Origin: Pseudomonadota bacterium
GTDB lineage: Bacteria; Myxococcota; JACRCW01; JAFGSX01
DNA length: 64,000 bases
Assembly: GCA_043821645.1 (NCBI GenBank)
Contig: JBDRCO010000081.1
Coordinates: 32,484 to 96,483 of the forward strand
Direction of reading: 5' to 3'
A model generated the notes under the pieces. It was not told where the DNA came from. It saw nothing but the letters and a program-made list of their open reading frames with translations, and ran no database searches. Position 1 is the stretch's first letter; every line of letters starts with the position of its first letter. Below, one piece after another: positions 14,112 through 28,520 of the stretch. The position numbers and the translations under genes were made by a program.

Positions 14112-15140
14112 ATGAACATCACCCGACCTGTGCTGCTCGCCGCCCTTTGCCTGACCCTGGCCCTGCCCGCGCACGCGGCCGACGACTGGGCCACCAGCTT
14201 CGCCGACAGTTCGCGCCTGGCGCTCAAGGGCCAGCGCGCCCTGGTGCTGGGGGGCGATAGCAGCGCCGAATGTCAGCAGGCGACCACGGCCCTGGCCCAG
14301 GCCCTGCGGCAGGGCGGCGGCGCGGCCCTGGTGCTCGACGACAAGACCGTGGGCAGCCAGGCCGGCAAGCCCGACCCCGAGATCCTGAGCGCCACCCGCG
14401 GCTCGCCGGTGGACCGCTGGGTCATCGTGCGCGTGTTCGACGGCCAGCCGCCCACCGCCATCGTCACGCTCTACGACGGCGAGGGCAAGGCCGCCAACGC
14501 CCTGAGCGTGCGCCGCGGCGAGGTTCTGGCCGGCACCGCGACCACAGCCCTGTCCAGCGCCGGCGCCACCGGCACCGCCATCGACAGCGTGCTGCAGGTC
14601 GGCGGCGCCATGCAGGAGAAGGTGGACCAGTACTACGAGCGCTTCTTGCACATGGGCAAGGACATCTACGTCACCCAGTACAGCGCCGGCACCTACGACG
14701 TGGTGTTTCAGGGCAAGTACTCCAAGCGCCTGACCAACAAGGAGCTGTACGAGCTGTTCGCCGATGCCGAAGTCGACAAGAAGGTCGACGACGCGCGGGT
14801 GGGCAACCTGATCAGCTCCGCGGCCTTCACCGGCGTCGGCACCGTGGTCGCCGTGGCGGGCGCGGGTCTGGGCTGGGCAGCCTTTGCCAACCCCATGAAC
14901 CTGAGCCTGTTCAATGACAGCATGGTGTCGGTGCTGGCGGGAACCACGGCCATCACCGTGGCCGTGCTCGGCGCCATCGCAGCGGTGGGCGGCGGCATGG
15001 GCCTGCTGATGGCTCCCTTTGGCGACGATCCGGCGGTGTTCACCCCCGACGAGCTGCGCGCCCAGGTCGAGAAGCACAACATCAGGCTGAAGAAGACCCT
15101 CGGCCTCGAGGGCGTGGACCAGCTGCCGCTGGGAATCTGA
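14112..15140 (+). CDS. Hypothetical exported protein with two C-terminal hydrophobic segments
   Basis: GAGGA precedes ATG 14112. Signal peptide ends AHA-AD. Host-like codon bias. Confidence 0.8.
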   Translation: MNITRPVLLAALCLTLALPAHAADDWATSFADSSRLALKGQRALVLGGDSSAECQQATTALAQALRQGGGAALVLDDKTVGSQAGKPDPEILSATRGSPVDRWVIVRVFDGQPPTAIVTLYDGEGKAANALSVRRGEVLAGTATTALSSAGATGTAIDSVLQVGGAMQEKVDQYYERFLHMGKDIYVTQYSAGTYDVVFQGKYSKRLTNKELYELFADAEVDKKVDDARVGNLISSAAFTGVGTVVAVAGAGLGWAAFANPMNLSLFNDSMVSVLAGTTAITVAVLGAIAAVGGGMGLLMAPFGDDPAVFTPDELRAQVEKHNIRLKKTLGLEGVDQLPLGI

Positions 15141-15197
15141 GCCAGCCCTCGTGCGCACATCGCGACGGGGGTGTTTCGACGGACGACGGAGAAGACG

Positions 15198-16028
15198 ATG
15201 CTGCGCACCCTGCTCCCGAGCCTGCTGCTGGCCTCCCTGGCCCACGCCCTGCCGGTGCCCGGCGCGCTCAAGGAGATGGAGACCCACCAGCGCACGCTGT
15301 ACCAGCAGACAGCCCCGGCAGTGGTGTTCATCGCCGCCGGCGGCGCCACCGGTTCGGGCTTCTTGATCAGCAGCGACGGCTTCATCCTCACCAATGCCCA
15401 CGTGGTGGGAAAAAACGCGCGCGTCGACGTGGTGATGTTCGACGGCAGCAAGAAGGTCGGCACCGTGGTGGAGCGCGCCCGCGGCGACATCGACCTGGCG
15501 CTGGTGCGCATCGAGGGCAGCAACCTGCCCCACCTGAGGCTGATGGGCGGAGCGGTGCCACGGCCTGGCGACTTCGTGGCTGCGCTGGGCCACGGCGAGG
15601 GCGCGGTGTGGAGCTTCAACCTGGGCAGCGTGTCCAACAGCTACCACCTCAAGAATGGCGAGCGCCTGATCCAGACCCAGATCCCGCTCAACCCGGGCAA
15701 CTCGGGCGGCCCCGTGCTCAACCTCGAGGGCCGCGTGGTGGGGGTGGTGACCGCGGGCGTGACCGGCGCCAACAGCATCAACTTCGCGGTGCCCATTGGC
15801 CTGGCGCCACGATCCTTCGAGCACTTCGACGCCCTGTGCGACTGCGTCGAGGTGCGCGCTCCGGCCCAGGTGCCGGTGCTGCTCGATGGCAGCATGATCG
15901 GACATGGGCCCCGGCTGTGGCTGCTGCCTGACGGCGAAGCCCACGAGGTCATGGCCGTGGTGCAGGGCGTGATGAAGAAGAAGCAGTACAAGGGCAGTGG
16001 CGCTGCCGTCCTCGATCTGAACCGCTGA
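15198..16028 (+). CDS. Trypsin-like (HtrA/DegP-family S1C) serine protease without PDZ domain
   Basis: GSGF, LTNAHVV (His), DLAL (Asp), LNPGNSGGP (Ser) and a signal peptide. Confidence 0.9.
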   Translation: MLRTLLPSLLLASLAHALPVPGALKEMETHQRTLYQQTAPAVVFIAAGGATGSGFLISSDGFILTNAHVVGKNARVDVVMFDGSKKVGTVVERARGDIDLALVRIEGSNLPHLRLMGGAVPRPGDFVAALGHGEGAVWSFNLGSVSNSYHLKNGERLIQTQIPLNPGNSGGPVLNLEGRVVGVVTAGVTGANSINFAVPIGLAPRSFEHFDALCDCVEVRAPAQVPVLLDGSMIGHGPRLWLLPDGEAHEVMAVVQGVMKKKQYKGSGAAVLDLNR

Positions 16029-16122
16029 CCCGCCCCACCCCGGCCTCCTCGCTGCGTGCTATCCTGCGCGCATCGGCACGCGCTGCCTCGCCACGGCTGG
16101 CGCGCCTCGCGACGGAGGCACC

Positions 16123-17286
16123 ATGCCTGCTCGACCTCTCCCGATGTGCGCGCTGGCGCTGCTCCTCGCCCCGGCGATGACAGCCTGCGGTGGCTGCGAT
16201 CCCTGCGTTCCCCCCGAGGACACGGCACTGGACTATGCCGAGCAGGACGCCTGGGTGTGCCAGGGGCCGGGCTCGCCCACCTGCCGCGACGGTCTCGAAG
16301 CCACCGCCGTGCTCGCCGATGGCTCGTTTCGGGCCGTTCCCTTTGTGCCCGCCGACGATCCACCGATCGATTGCTTCTACGTGTATCCGACGGTGGACCT
16401 GGCACTGGGGCGCGGCGTGCACGACGACTTTCGCAATACCGCCTCGCAGCGGCGCACCGTGCAAGCCCAGGCGGCGCGGCTGGGAACCGAGTGCGCGGTG
16501 TACGCGCCGCTGTATCGCCAGGCGACCCTGGGCACCTACCTGACCGGCGCCAAGGAACCTGAGGTGTGCTGGGACCTGGCCTTCTCCGACGTCACGCGCG
16601 CCTTCGAACACTACCTCGAGCACCTCAACCTGGGCCGCGGCGTGGTGCTGGTGGGACATTCGCAAGGTGGGCAGAACACCTCGCGCCTTCTCAGGGAGTT
16701 CTTCGACGGCGGCAAGGTCCTGGCGGACAGGCTGGTCGCGGCCATGCCCCTGGGCTGGGCCGTGGCGACGGCGGCGGGCGAGCGGGCGGGCGGTAGTTTC
16801 GAGAAGCTGCCGCTGTGCCACAGTGACGACGAGCTGGGCTGCGTGGTGGCCTATCGTTCCTACGCCAAGGGCAACGAGCTGCCGCTCCTGCGCGACAACG
16901 CTGCCCCCGGCGAGCAGGTGGCCTGCACCAACCCGGTTCATCTCGGCAGCGACACTACCGAGCGCCTGCGCGGTGCCTACCTGGCGACGGATCTGACCTT
17001 TGTCCAGAAACCGCAGGGCCTGCCCGCCAACGCCGCCGACACCCTGCTGTATCAGGATCTGTTCACCGCGCGCTGCGTGACCGCCGAGGGGCAGGACCTG
17101 CTCGAGGTCGCTTTCGCGCCCAGGGCCGGCGACCTGCGCGTGAACCCCGTGAACTTTGACGCGCCCCTGCTGTCAGGCGTCACCGGCACCCACATGCTCG
17201 ACGTGCAGTTGCTGCTGGGCGACCTCATCGAGCTGGTGCGCATCAAGGGTGAAGCCTACCTCGTCGAGCACCCGCGCCTGCCCTGA
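16123..17286 (+). CDS. DUF3089-like alpha/beta hydrolase lipoprotein
   Basis: Lipobox-like MTAC, DCFYVYPTV, YAPLYRQ, nucleophile GHSQG, CTNP and C-terminal H-x-x-D. Confidence 0.85.
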   Translation: MPARPLPMCALALLLAPAMTACGGCDPCVPPEDTALDYAEQDAWVCQGPGSPTCRDGLEATAVLADGSFRAVPFVPADDPPIDCFYVYPTVDLALGRGVHDDFRNTASQRRTVQAQAARLGTECAVYAPLYRQATLGTYLTGAKEPEVCWDLAFSDVTRAFEHYLEHLNLGRGVVLVGHSQGGQNTSRLLREFFDGGKVLADRLVAAMPLGWAVATAAGERAGGSFEKLPLCHSDDELGCVVAYRSYAKGNELPLLRDNAAPGEQVACTNPVHLGSDTTERLRGAYLATDLTFVQKPQGLPANAADTLLYQDLFTARCVTAEGQDLLEVAFAPRAGDLRVNPVNFDAPLLSGVTGTHMLDVQLLLGDLIELVRIKGEAYLVEHPRLP

Positions 17287-17372
17287 CCCGCTTCGAAAAC
17301 CTGACCCTCTTCGCCGCACGACGTACAATGAAGCGGGAACATCGCTGGCTGCTCCCGGTGGGGTGATTTTTT

Positions 17373-19475
<2,103 letters not shown>

Positions 19476-19627
19476 ATCCGGGAACCCGCGACCCCTGGAC
19501 GGTGTCCATCCTTCACCACAGCTGTGCGCTGCAGGCCGTTCCACGGTGGCGCGGTGCGTTGTGGCGTAGGTGCGAGGGCCTGGTGACGATTCGATCGGCG
19601 CAGCCCGCGATCATACCGGCGGACGGC

Positions 19628-21270
19628 ATGGTGCCGGGACGTCTCTGCGCCGCCCCGCCTCGCGCAGACCGCGGAGGTCCTGCGCTGCGCTGTGTGCACT
19701 GTGGTGCGAAGCTGCTCGGTGCGGACCAGGCCTGCCCGGTGTGCCGCGATCCCTCACCACGCCGGTTCCAGGCCGGCCCCAGCCACGTCGAGATCCTCGA
19801 GCTGCGCGCGCCGCGCCGCGTGCTGCGCTGGCTGCAGGGGCGATACCTGCCCACGGCCGACGCCGCCACGTCCAGGGTGCTGGCGCGCCAGCTTGCGGCG
19901 GTGTGCCTGGGCCCGGTGCGGGTGCTGTCCTTCGTCGACAGGCGGCAGGCCGAGCAGCTGCAGCGCGACCTGCGGCGTGCCGGCGCGCAGGCCAGGGTCA
20001 TCGACGAGCCGGTGTGGCCCTGGGGGGTGATCGCGGTCTTTCTGCTGGCCTTGCTGGGCGTCACGCTGGTGCTGGATCGCGCGGGCGCCTACGTGCTTGC
20101 CTACACGCTGTACTTCGTGAGCGAGCCGCTGCTGTCAGTGCTGCGCGCGCGCCAGAGCCTGCTGTCTCCATCGCGCTGGCCCCGCTCGGCCTGGCCCGGC
20201 CTGCAGCTGCGCTGCGCCCTGCTCAGCCTGATCCTGCTGTGTATCGCCGACAGTCTGGTGGCACGCGGCATCGATCGCCTGGCCTTCGACGGAGCCTTTC
20301 ACGCGCTCACCGCCGGCCTCGCCGGGGTCGCTCTGCTCGCCACCGCCTTCGGTGTGGGTCGCATCCGTGCTCTGCGCAGCCCCGAACCCGCGCTTGTCGA
20401 GCAACTGCAGGCAGCCTGGCTGTGGGGACGGCAGTGGCAGCGCGGGCAGCCCCTGCACCAGGCCAGGCGTCTGGCACCCACACGACCGCTGGTGCGCGTG
20501 CTGGCCATCGCCCTGGCGGTGTGCCTGATCCCCGTCGAGACCGCGCTGCTGCTGCGAGGCAGCGCACAGCTTCGCGACCTCGGCGCTCACGTCGAGCGCC
20601 CCGCGGCGCACGATCCGGGCACCGTGGTGTCGGCAGTCTCCCTCGAGGACGCCCCCGCAGCACCCGCCCTGGTCTCGCGCACCCTGGCCGGCCCCTTTTT
20701 CGCCGCCCTTCCGCTGCTGGTGCTGGCCGGGCTTGGCCTGGTCGCGATCGCTCGCTCGCGCCGGCTGGGCCACCAGGGCTCGCTCCTGGGTTCGGACAGA
20801 CCCCGAAGCACGCGCGCGGCGCCCCGGGCCCCTCCCTGGAGCGTGGTGCTGGAGCACGTCGACGACCAGGATCTCATCCAGGCCTGGCTGCTGTCCGAGC
20901 ATGCCCCGCGCCTGCGCGTCTCCCGCGCGTCTCTTCCGGCGCGCCTTCGGCAATGGCCGGTCACTCTCGTCTGCGGCATCTCGCAGGCGCACGCGCTCGC
21001 GCTCGCCGGCGACGCGCGCAGTCACGGCGCCTCGGCCCGGGCCTTGTATGGCTGGCATTCGACCGCGCAGCGGCGCCTGCGCGATGCCAGTCCCGTCGAG
21101 CTTGGCCTCGCGGCTGGTCTGCACACGGCCGCGGCACTTGGCCTCGGTGGCCTGCTCCTCGCCGCCGGCACCCGCCTGCAGCACCTGCTGCTGATCCCGC
21201 CGCTGCTGGTCCTGATCGGCCTGGTCGCGGTCCGCCAGCTGCCGAGACGAAGCCTGCTCAGGCCGGGTCC

Positions 21271-21274
<4 letters not shown>
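19628..21274 (+). CDS. Hypothetical multi-pass membrane protein with an N-terminal Zn-ribbon and two L7/L12-CTD-like motifs
   Basis: CVHC...CPVC, several hydrophobic helices, and motifs FVDRRQAEQLQRDLRRAGAQA and GISQAHALALAGDARSHGASA. Start uncertain (ORF is open from 19502). Confidence 0.6.
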
Positions 21275-23106
<1,832 letters not shown>

Positions 23107-23146
23107 CGGATCCCTTGGGCGCACGAGCTGGGGCCTCTCGCAGACC

Positions 23147-23695
23147 TCAGCCCCAGCGTACGTTCCACATCCACGAGCGCGGATCGTCGAACTTCTCCTG
23201 CACCTCGATGCTACGGGCGGAGGTCAGCTCGAGGGTGCCCACGATGTAGCCCGTCGTGTTGTGGCGAATGATCTCGGGCAGTGTCGGATAGCCCTCGACG
23301 ATGAGTTGACCCCGATTGCTGTCGCCCTCGCGCAGCGCCCGGGCCTGGCCGCGGTTGTGGTAGGTGCTCCACAGGCGCGCGGTCTGCTGGATCACCATGG
23401 GCACGCTGACCACGCGCAGCAGGATGCGGTAGATGCCCGAGAGCTGGTCCCGGGCCTGTCGCCGCCCGAACTCCTGCTGCGGATCGGCCACCTGGGACAG
23501 CAGGAGCGGTACCGCACGCTCGAACAGGCGCGCGGTGAGCCCGACGTCGATCCAGCTCATGGAGATGGTCTCGAGGTAGAGGGCGCGCAGCTCGGCATCC
23601 AGCCCCTCGAGCAGGGATTTCTCGAGGACCTCGCCCTGGATGCGCACCTGCTCGCGCAGGTACACGATGGTGCTTCCCTTGTATCCGTCCGACAT
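23147..23695 (-). CDS. Myxobacterial hypothetical protein (DUF2378/V4R-like small ligand-binding fold)
   Basis: N-terminal KGS, SW, FGR, LWSTYH..G, GYIVGTLELT and C-terminal VRW pattern. It sits between two co-oriented genes. Confidence 0.7.
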   Translation of the reverse strand: MSDGYKGSTIVYLREQVRIQGEVLEKSLLEGLDAELRALYLETISMSWIDVGLTARLFERAVPLLLSQVADPQQEFGRRQARDQLSGIYRILLRVVSVPMVIQQTARLWSTYHNRGQARALREGDSNRGQLIVEGYPTLPEIIRHNTTGYIVGTLELTSARSIEVQEKFDDPRSWMWNVRWG

Positions 23696-23722
23696 GGCGT
23701 TCGAGGCTGGCCGGGGGGGGCG

Positions 23723-25366
23723 CTACATGCGCGCGGCCAGAACCTCGTCGCCTCCCTCGTCGACGCCGATGGCGCCGGACAGCAGCGCCTGGGCGATCTC
23801 GACGGCCTTGCGGGCACGTTCGCGGATCTCGCCGTCGTTCTTGGTCTTGCTGTACAGCTCCCCGATCTGCTCCTCCTTGGAGGCCAGCTCGGAGGTCAGC
23901 GTGTCGATGCGATCGGCGCGCTCACCCGCGACCTTCTCGACGGCCTCGAGCCGGCTGCGCGCGGTATCGCGCTCCTTCTCGATGGCGGAGATCCGGGTAT
24001 CGCGATCGTTCTCGAGCTCCATCACCTGCTGATCGCGCTCGGCGGCCAGGGCCGCCAGTTGCCCCTCGAGCTGGCCGATCTTGCCCTGAAGCTCGCCCTC
24101 CAGCGTGTTGCGCTCGTCGGTCAGCGTGGCCACCTTGGAGTTCAGGGAGGTGATGGTGGCATCGCGGTCCGACAGCTTGGAGCTGACGTCGTCGAAGGTG
24201 CGCTGCATCTCGGCCAGCTTGTCCTCGGCCTCGAAGGCGGCCTTCTCCTTGGTGAAGGCTTCCTCCTTGAGCCGGAACAGCTCCTTTTCCTTCTCATGCA
24301 TCTGCTGCTTGAGGTTGAGCAGCTCGCGCGCACTGCTCGAGGTCGAGGTCTGCACGTTCGACAGGTCGCTGGCTTTCTTGCGCGCCTCGTCCTCGGCGGC
24401 CTTGAGGCGGGTCTCCAGCTCGGCCACCCGAGCTTGGAAGTCGCCGTTCTCGCGCCGCAGCTCGCGCACCTGCTTCTCGAGCTCGGTGTTGGCGGCCGCG
24501 GACTGGGCTGCAGCGGCGGCGGTGGCCGCGCTGGCAACGGCACTCGGTGCGGGCTTGGTCTTGCTGGCGATCGGTGCAGGCGCGACCGCCTCGACAGGCT
24601 CGTTCAGCTCCTCGAGGGCCAAGGGCTCCTCGAGGGCCTCCATCTCGGGCTCCTCCTCGAGCAGGCTCTCGAGATCCACGTCCCCGAGCTTGGCGGCGTC
24701 ATCGCTGCCACCCTCGTCAGGCTCCTCGGTGAGCGCATCGAAGGTGTCGTCGAAACTCTCCAGGGCATCGCTGCCGGCCTCTTCCAGGTTCAGCGGCTCT
24801 TCCTCGAGGCCCAGCTCGTCGTCCAGGCTCAGATCGTCATCCTCGGTCTCCAGCGAGGCCAGCTCGTCATCGCCGACCACCTCGCCCGCCAGGTTGCTCA
24901 GATCGAAGCCGTCGTCGGCCAGCACGTCCGACACCACCTCGGCCTCCAGCTCCTCGCCGGTGAGGTCGATGACTTCCTCGGCCGAGGCGTCCATCGGCAC
25001 CAGGGCCTTCATCTGCTCGAACAGAGCCTCGGCGTCGAAGGGCTTGATCAGGTAGCCGTCGGCCCGGGTCTTGAGCTTCTTGTGCTGCTCGAAGGTCTCG
25101 GGTGTGGCCTCGCTCGAGGTGATGATCAGGGGGATGTCCTTGAGGGCATCGTCCTTCTTGAGCTTGTTGCAGATGCTGTAGCCGCTCATCTTGGGCAGCT
25201 CGACACACAGCACGATGACGGCGGGGCTGTGCCCGCCCCTCGCTGCGTCCAGCCCCTCCTTGCCGTCTCCGACCACGGTGACGTCGAGGCCCCGGCCCCG
25301 GAGCGCACCAGCGATGTTGTCGGCAAAGGGTTGCTCGGCGTCGATCATCAGCACGGACTGCGACAT
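23723..25366 (-). CDS. frzS: FrzS-like pseudo-receiver + acidic linker + long coiled-coil protein
   Basis: The receiver lacks the phosphoacceptor Asp (IVLCVEL). GYSICNKLKKDDALKDIP and HKKLKTRADGYLIKP resemble the FrzS receiver. The coiled coil ends IRERARKAVEIA. Confidence 0.72.
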   Translation of the reverse strand: MSQSVLMIDAEQPFADNIAGALRGRGLDVTVVGDGKEGLDAARGGHSPAVIVLCVELPKMSGYSICNKLKKDDALKDIPLIITSSEATPETFEQHKKLKTRADGYLIKPFDAEALFEQMKALVPMDASAEEVIDLTGEELEAEVVSDVLADDGFDLSNLAGEVVGDDELASLETEDDDLSLDDELGLEEEPLNLEEAGSDALESFDDTFDALTEEPDEGGSDDAAKLGDVDLESLLEEEPEMEALEEPLALEELNEPVEAVAPAPIASKTKPAPSAVASAATAAAAAQSAAANTELEKQVRELRRENGDFQARVAELETRLKAAEDEARKKASDLSNVQTSTSSSARELLNLKQQMHEKEKELFRLKEEAFTKEKAAFEAEDKLAEMQRTFDDVSSKLSDRDATITSLNSKVATLTDERNTLEGELQGKIGQLEGQLAALAAERDQQVMELENDRDTRISAIEKERDTARSRLEAVEKVAGERADRIDTLTSELASKEEQIGELYSKTKNDGEIRERARKAVEIAQALLSGAIGVDEGGDEVLAARM

Positions 25367-25590
25367 GGTGCGAGCTCTCCACGCGTCACGCGATGAACTG
25401 TACAAGCCGTCCAGGTGTGGGACCCACCTTCTTGCGCAGTGCGGCAAGCCCCGATCCAGGCCTGATGACGGCAGCCCGGCACATGCTAGCTGCCTTGTGA
25501 TGGCGAGTCAAAATCAGATGATGGCCAATCGGGATGAATCACACCGGGGTCTCCGCGCGCAGGATTTTGGCCTCGGCGGACCCTGGCGGC

Positions 25591-28447
25591 CTAGCGCGGC
25601 CGTGTCCCGCGGGGTCTCCTGCGATAGCCCAGCACCCCGAGCGCCAGCGCCAGGACCACGAGCGCGTCGGTCGAGCCCGCGCCCTGGGCGCAGGCGCAAC
25701 CCTGGCTGAGCACGATCGTGTTCTTGGGCGCGCTGACCCCGGCCTGGACCTCGACCTGGAAGCGCCGGGTCACCTCGAGCGGTGGGCTGCCATCGTCGGT
25801 GAGGGTCAGGGTGATCTCGTAGCTGCCTGGCTGGTCAAAGGTGTAGGCCGCGCTGGCAGTATCGAAGGTCTCCGAGGTCACGATGTCCAGGGCGATGTCC
25901 CAGAAGTAGGTCAGGTTGTCGCCGTCGGGGTCGCCGCAGCCGGTGGCGTCCAGCGCCACGCGCAAGGGAGCCGGGCCGCTTTGCGGGCCCACCAGCGCAG
26001 CCGAGGCATCCGGCGGATTGTTGTCGGTGACCGAGATGGTGAAGCTTCGGCTCTGCGGCCCCAGGGCCGGGGTGCCGTCGTCCTCCACCGTGAGCACGGC
26101 CTGGTACTGCCCATTGCCAGTGTAGACGTGGTCGAGCTGAAGCTGGCTCGAGGGCGCGCTGCTGTCGCCGAAGTCCCAGCTCAGGGTCAGGTTGTCGCTG
26201 TCCGGGTCGTACACTCCACTGGCATCGAAGCGGACCGTCAAGGGCGAGGGGCCGTACAGGGGGGAGACCGAGGCGGAGTCCAGCACCGGGGCCTGGTTGG
26301 TGTCCGTGGTCGCGGTGATGCGAGCCGTGCTGGTGCCACTGAGCGGGGGCGTGCCGTCATCGGTCACGGTCAGGGTCACGGTAAAACCACCGGCCGAGGA
26401 GTAGGTGTGGCTGGTGGTGGCGCCGCTGCCGTCGGCGCTGCTGTCGCCGAAGCTCCAGCTGTAGCTCAGGTTGTCACCGTCCGGGTCGGTGGACGAGCTG
26501 GCGTCGAGGCTCACCTGCAGGGGAGTCAGACCCGAGGTCGGGGTGGCGGTGAAGCTCGCGGTGGGCGCATGGTTCTGGCTGCCGGGATCGGTGACCGTGA
26601 TCTGCTGCGTCGCCGTGTCGTCGAGACCGCCCTGATCCACCACCCGCACCTGGATGTTGTGGTTCCCTGCGGCCAGGGCCGTGAAGCTGCGGATGCCGTC
26701 GGCCTCTTCGGCCTCGGCGGCACCGTCCAGGCTGTAGAAGTAGGTCGCGATATCGCCGGCGCCGTTGGGATCGGTGGAGCCCGTGGCATCGCAGCTCACG
26801 TCGAGAGGCGCGTCGCCCGAGGTGGGCGTGCAGGTCAGGTCCGCCACCGGCGCGTGCGGCGTCACGGGGATCGCGCAGGATACCTCGGCGGAGTAGATGC
26901 TGGCGTTCTGTGCGGCATCGACGGCGATGACCGCGACGTAGTAGGTCGCGCCCTCGTTCAGGCTGCTCAGGTTGAGGTAGATGCTCGAGGTGGACTGGGT
27001 GTGGTCGTAGTCGAAGCCCGCTTCACCCGGCCGGGTGGCCGAGCCGGGCCTGGCCGTGGTGCCCCAGTACACGCGATACTGGGTGACGGTCTCGTTGCCG
27101 CCGCCCACGTCCTGGGTCACCTGGCTCCAGTCGACGCGCGCAGCGCCACCGCTGCCTGGTGTACAGCTCACGCCAGTCGGCGCCCGGGGCGCCACGCTGT
27201 CGCTCGGCCCCTCGTAGAAGCTCACGGCGCCGACGTCGGCTGCCAGCGGCGCATAGCCGCGACGACTCCAGGCCACCAGGTCGAGCAGGTGGGCCGCGTA
27301 GAACGCCAGCCCGTTGCCGCCCTCATCGGGCTGGTCCCAGCGTGCGCGCGGCAGCAACTCGGCCTCGACCGCGGCGTCGTTGCCGTCGAGGATGGCCAGG
27401 GTGGTCGCGCAGGCCTCCTCGACCAGAGGATCGCCGTTGCTCAGCCCCCGCGGTGACGGCGGCGTGGTAGCTGGTGCGGTCCGCGGCGCTGCCGAACAGC
27501 AGCAGGGCTGCCTTGGCCACCAGCTGCTCGCTGGCCGAGCCGCTGCTGATGCGTCCTTCAAGAAAGCTGCGGGCCGTGGCGTCCTCACCCAGGTAGCCCA
27601 GCATCATCAGCGTGAAAAAGCGAAACGTGGTGTGGCTGTCGTCGACACCGCAGGCCAGACGCGTGCGAAATTCGGCGATCTGGGCCGGGCTCATCGAGCC
27701 CTTGCGCGCGGCCAGAAATTCGGCGCCCCACAGGTGCTGGTAGTCGTACTTGTTGTCGCCGCGCGTGCAGCTCGCCGGGCAGGTGGTGGTGGTCGTGTCA
27801 GGGCAGCGGGTGGTGATGGTGTCGCCCCCCGTGGCCCAGGAGCCACGACCCGCACAGTACCACTGCAGCAGATCGTTGAGGCCCGTGCTCGAGGTGCCGT
27901 AGTCCGCCTCCTGCGCCTGCCCCAGGTGGCGCGCCTGAAAGTGCGCTGCGCCCAGGCTGGGCGCCCTTTGCGGCGGAGCCAGGCCACCGCCCGCCAGCTT
28001 GACCATGACCGCCTGTCCGCTCTGGTAGGGATAGAGCCGGTCCTGGCTGCCCTCGCCAAAGCTCACGAAGAACTCGATGTCGGTGGCGGCCAGGGTACCG
28101 CTGCCACCCGAGCGCTCGACGGTCAGGGTGTGGCGCAGGCGCTCGCCGGGCATCAGGTAGTTGGCGACCTTGGGGGCCGAGCGCGAGATGTTGATGGTGA
28201 AGCCTGTGGCCTGGGCGCTGAGGTTGAAGTTGATCAGCGGATAGCCCATGTTGTTCTCGGCGCGCACCACCAAGGTGGTGGTGCCTGACGCCGGCACCTG
28301 CACCGAGTCGGCCTCGGGTCTGACCACGATGTTGTACGACGAGCCCCACAGATCATCGCACCAGTGCGCGGCGGCGCGCGGCGACCAGCACAGCGCACAC
28401 AGCACGGCGAGTGCGGGCACTGCCTGGCGGAACAACAGGCGAACCAT
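25591..28447 (-). pseudogene. ~950-aa secreted MYXO-CTERM surface protein (His1, Ig-like, helical region, FN3, 4x PKD) split by a +1 frameshift at a G5 run (27445-27449); may be a sequencing error
   Basis: ORFs 27323-28447 and 25591-27588 join as ...YHAAVTA-GLSNGDPLVEE... if one G is removed. Signal peptide, FN3 (YRVYWG...TYYVAVIAVD), four PKD repeats and tail GCACAQ...LALGVLGYRRR. Confidence 0.85.
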
Positions 28448-28520
28448 CTCGACCTCCCGTCGCGAACAAGTGTCGACAGTTTACCCTGTTCCAGGGGGCT
28501 TGCGAAGGCAGGGCGGGCTG

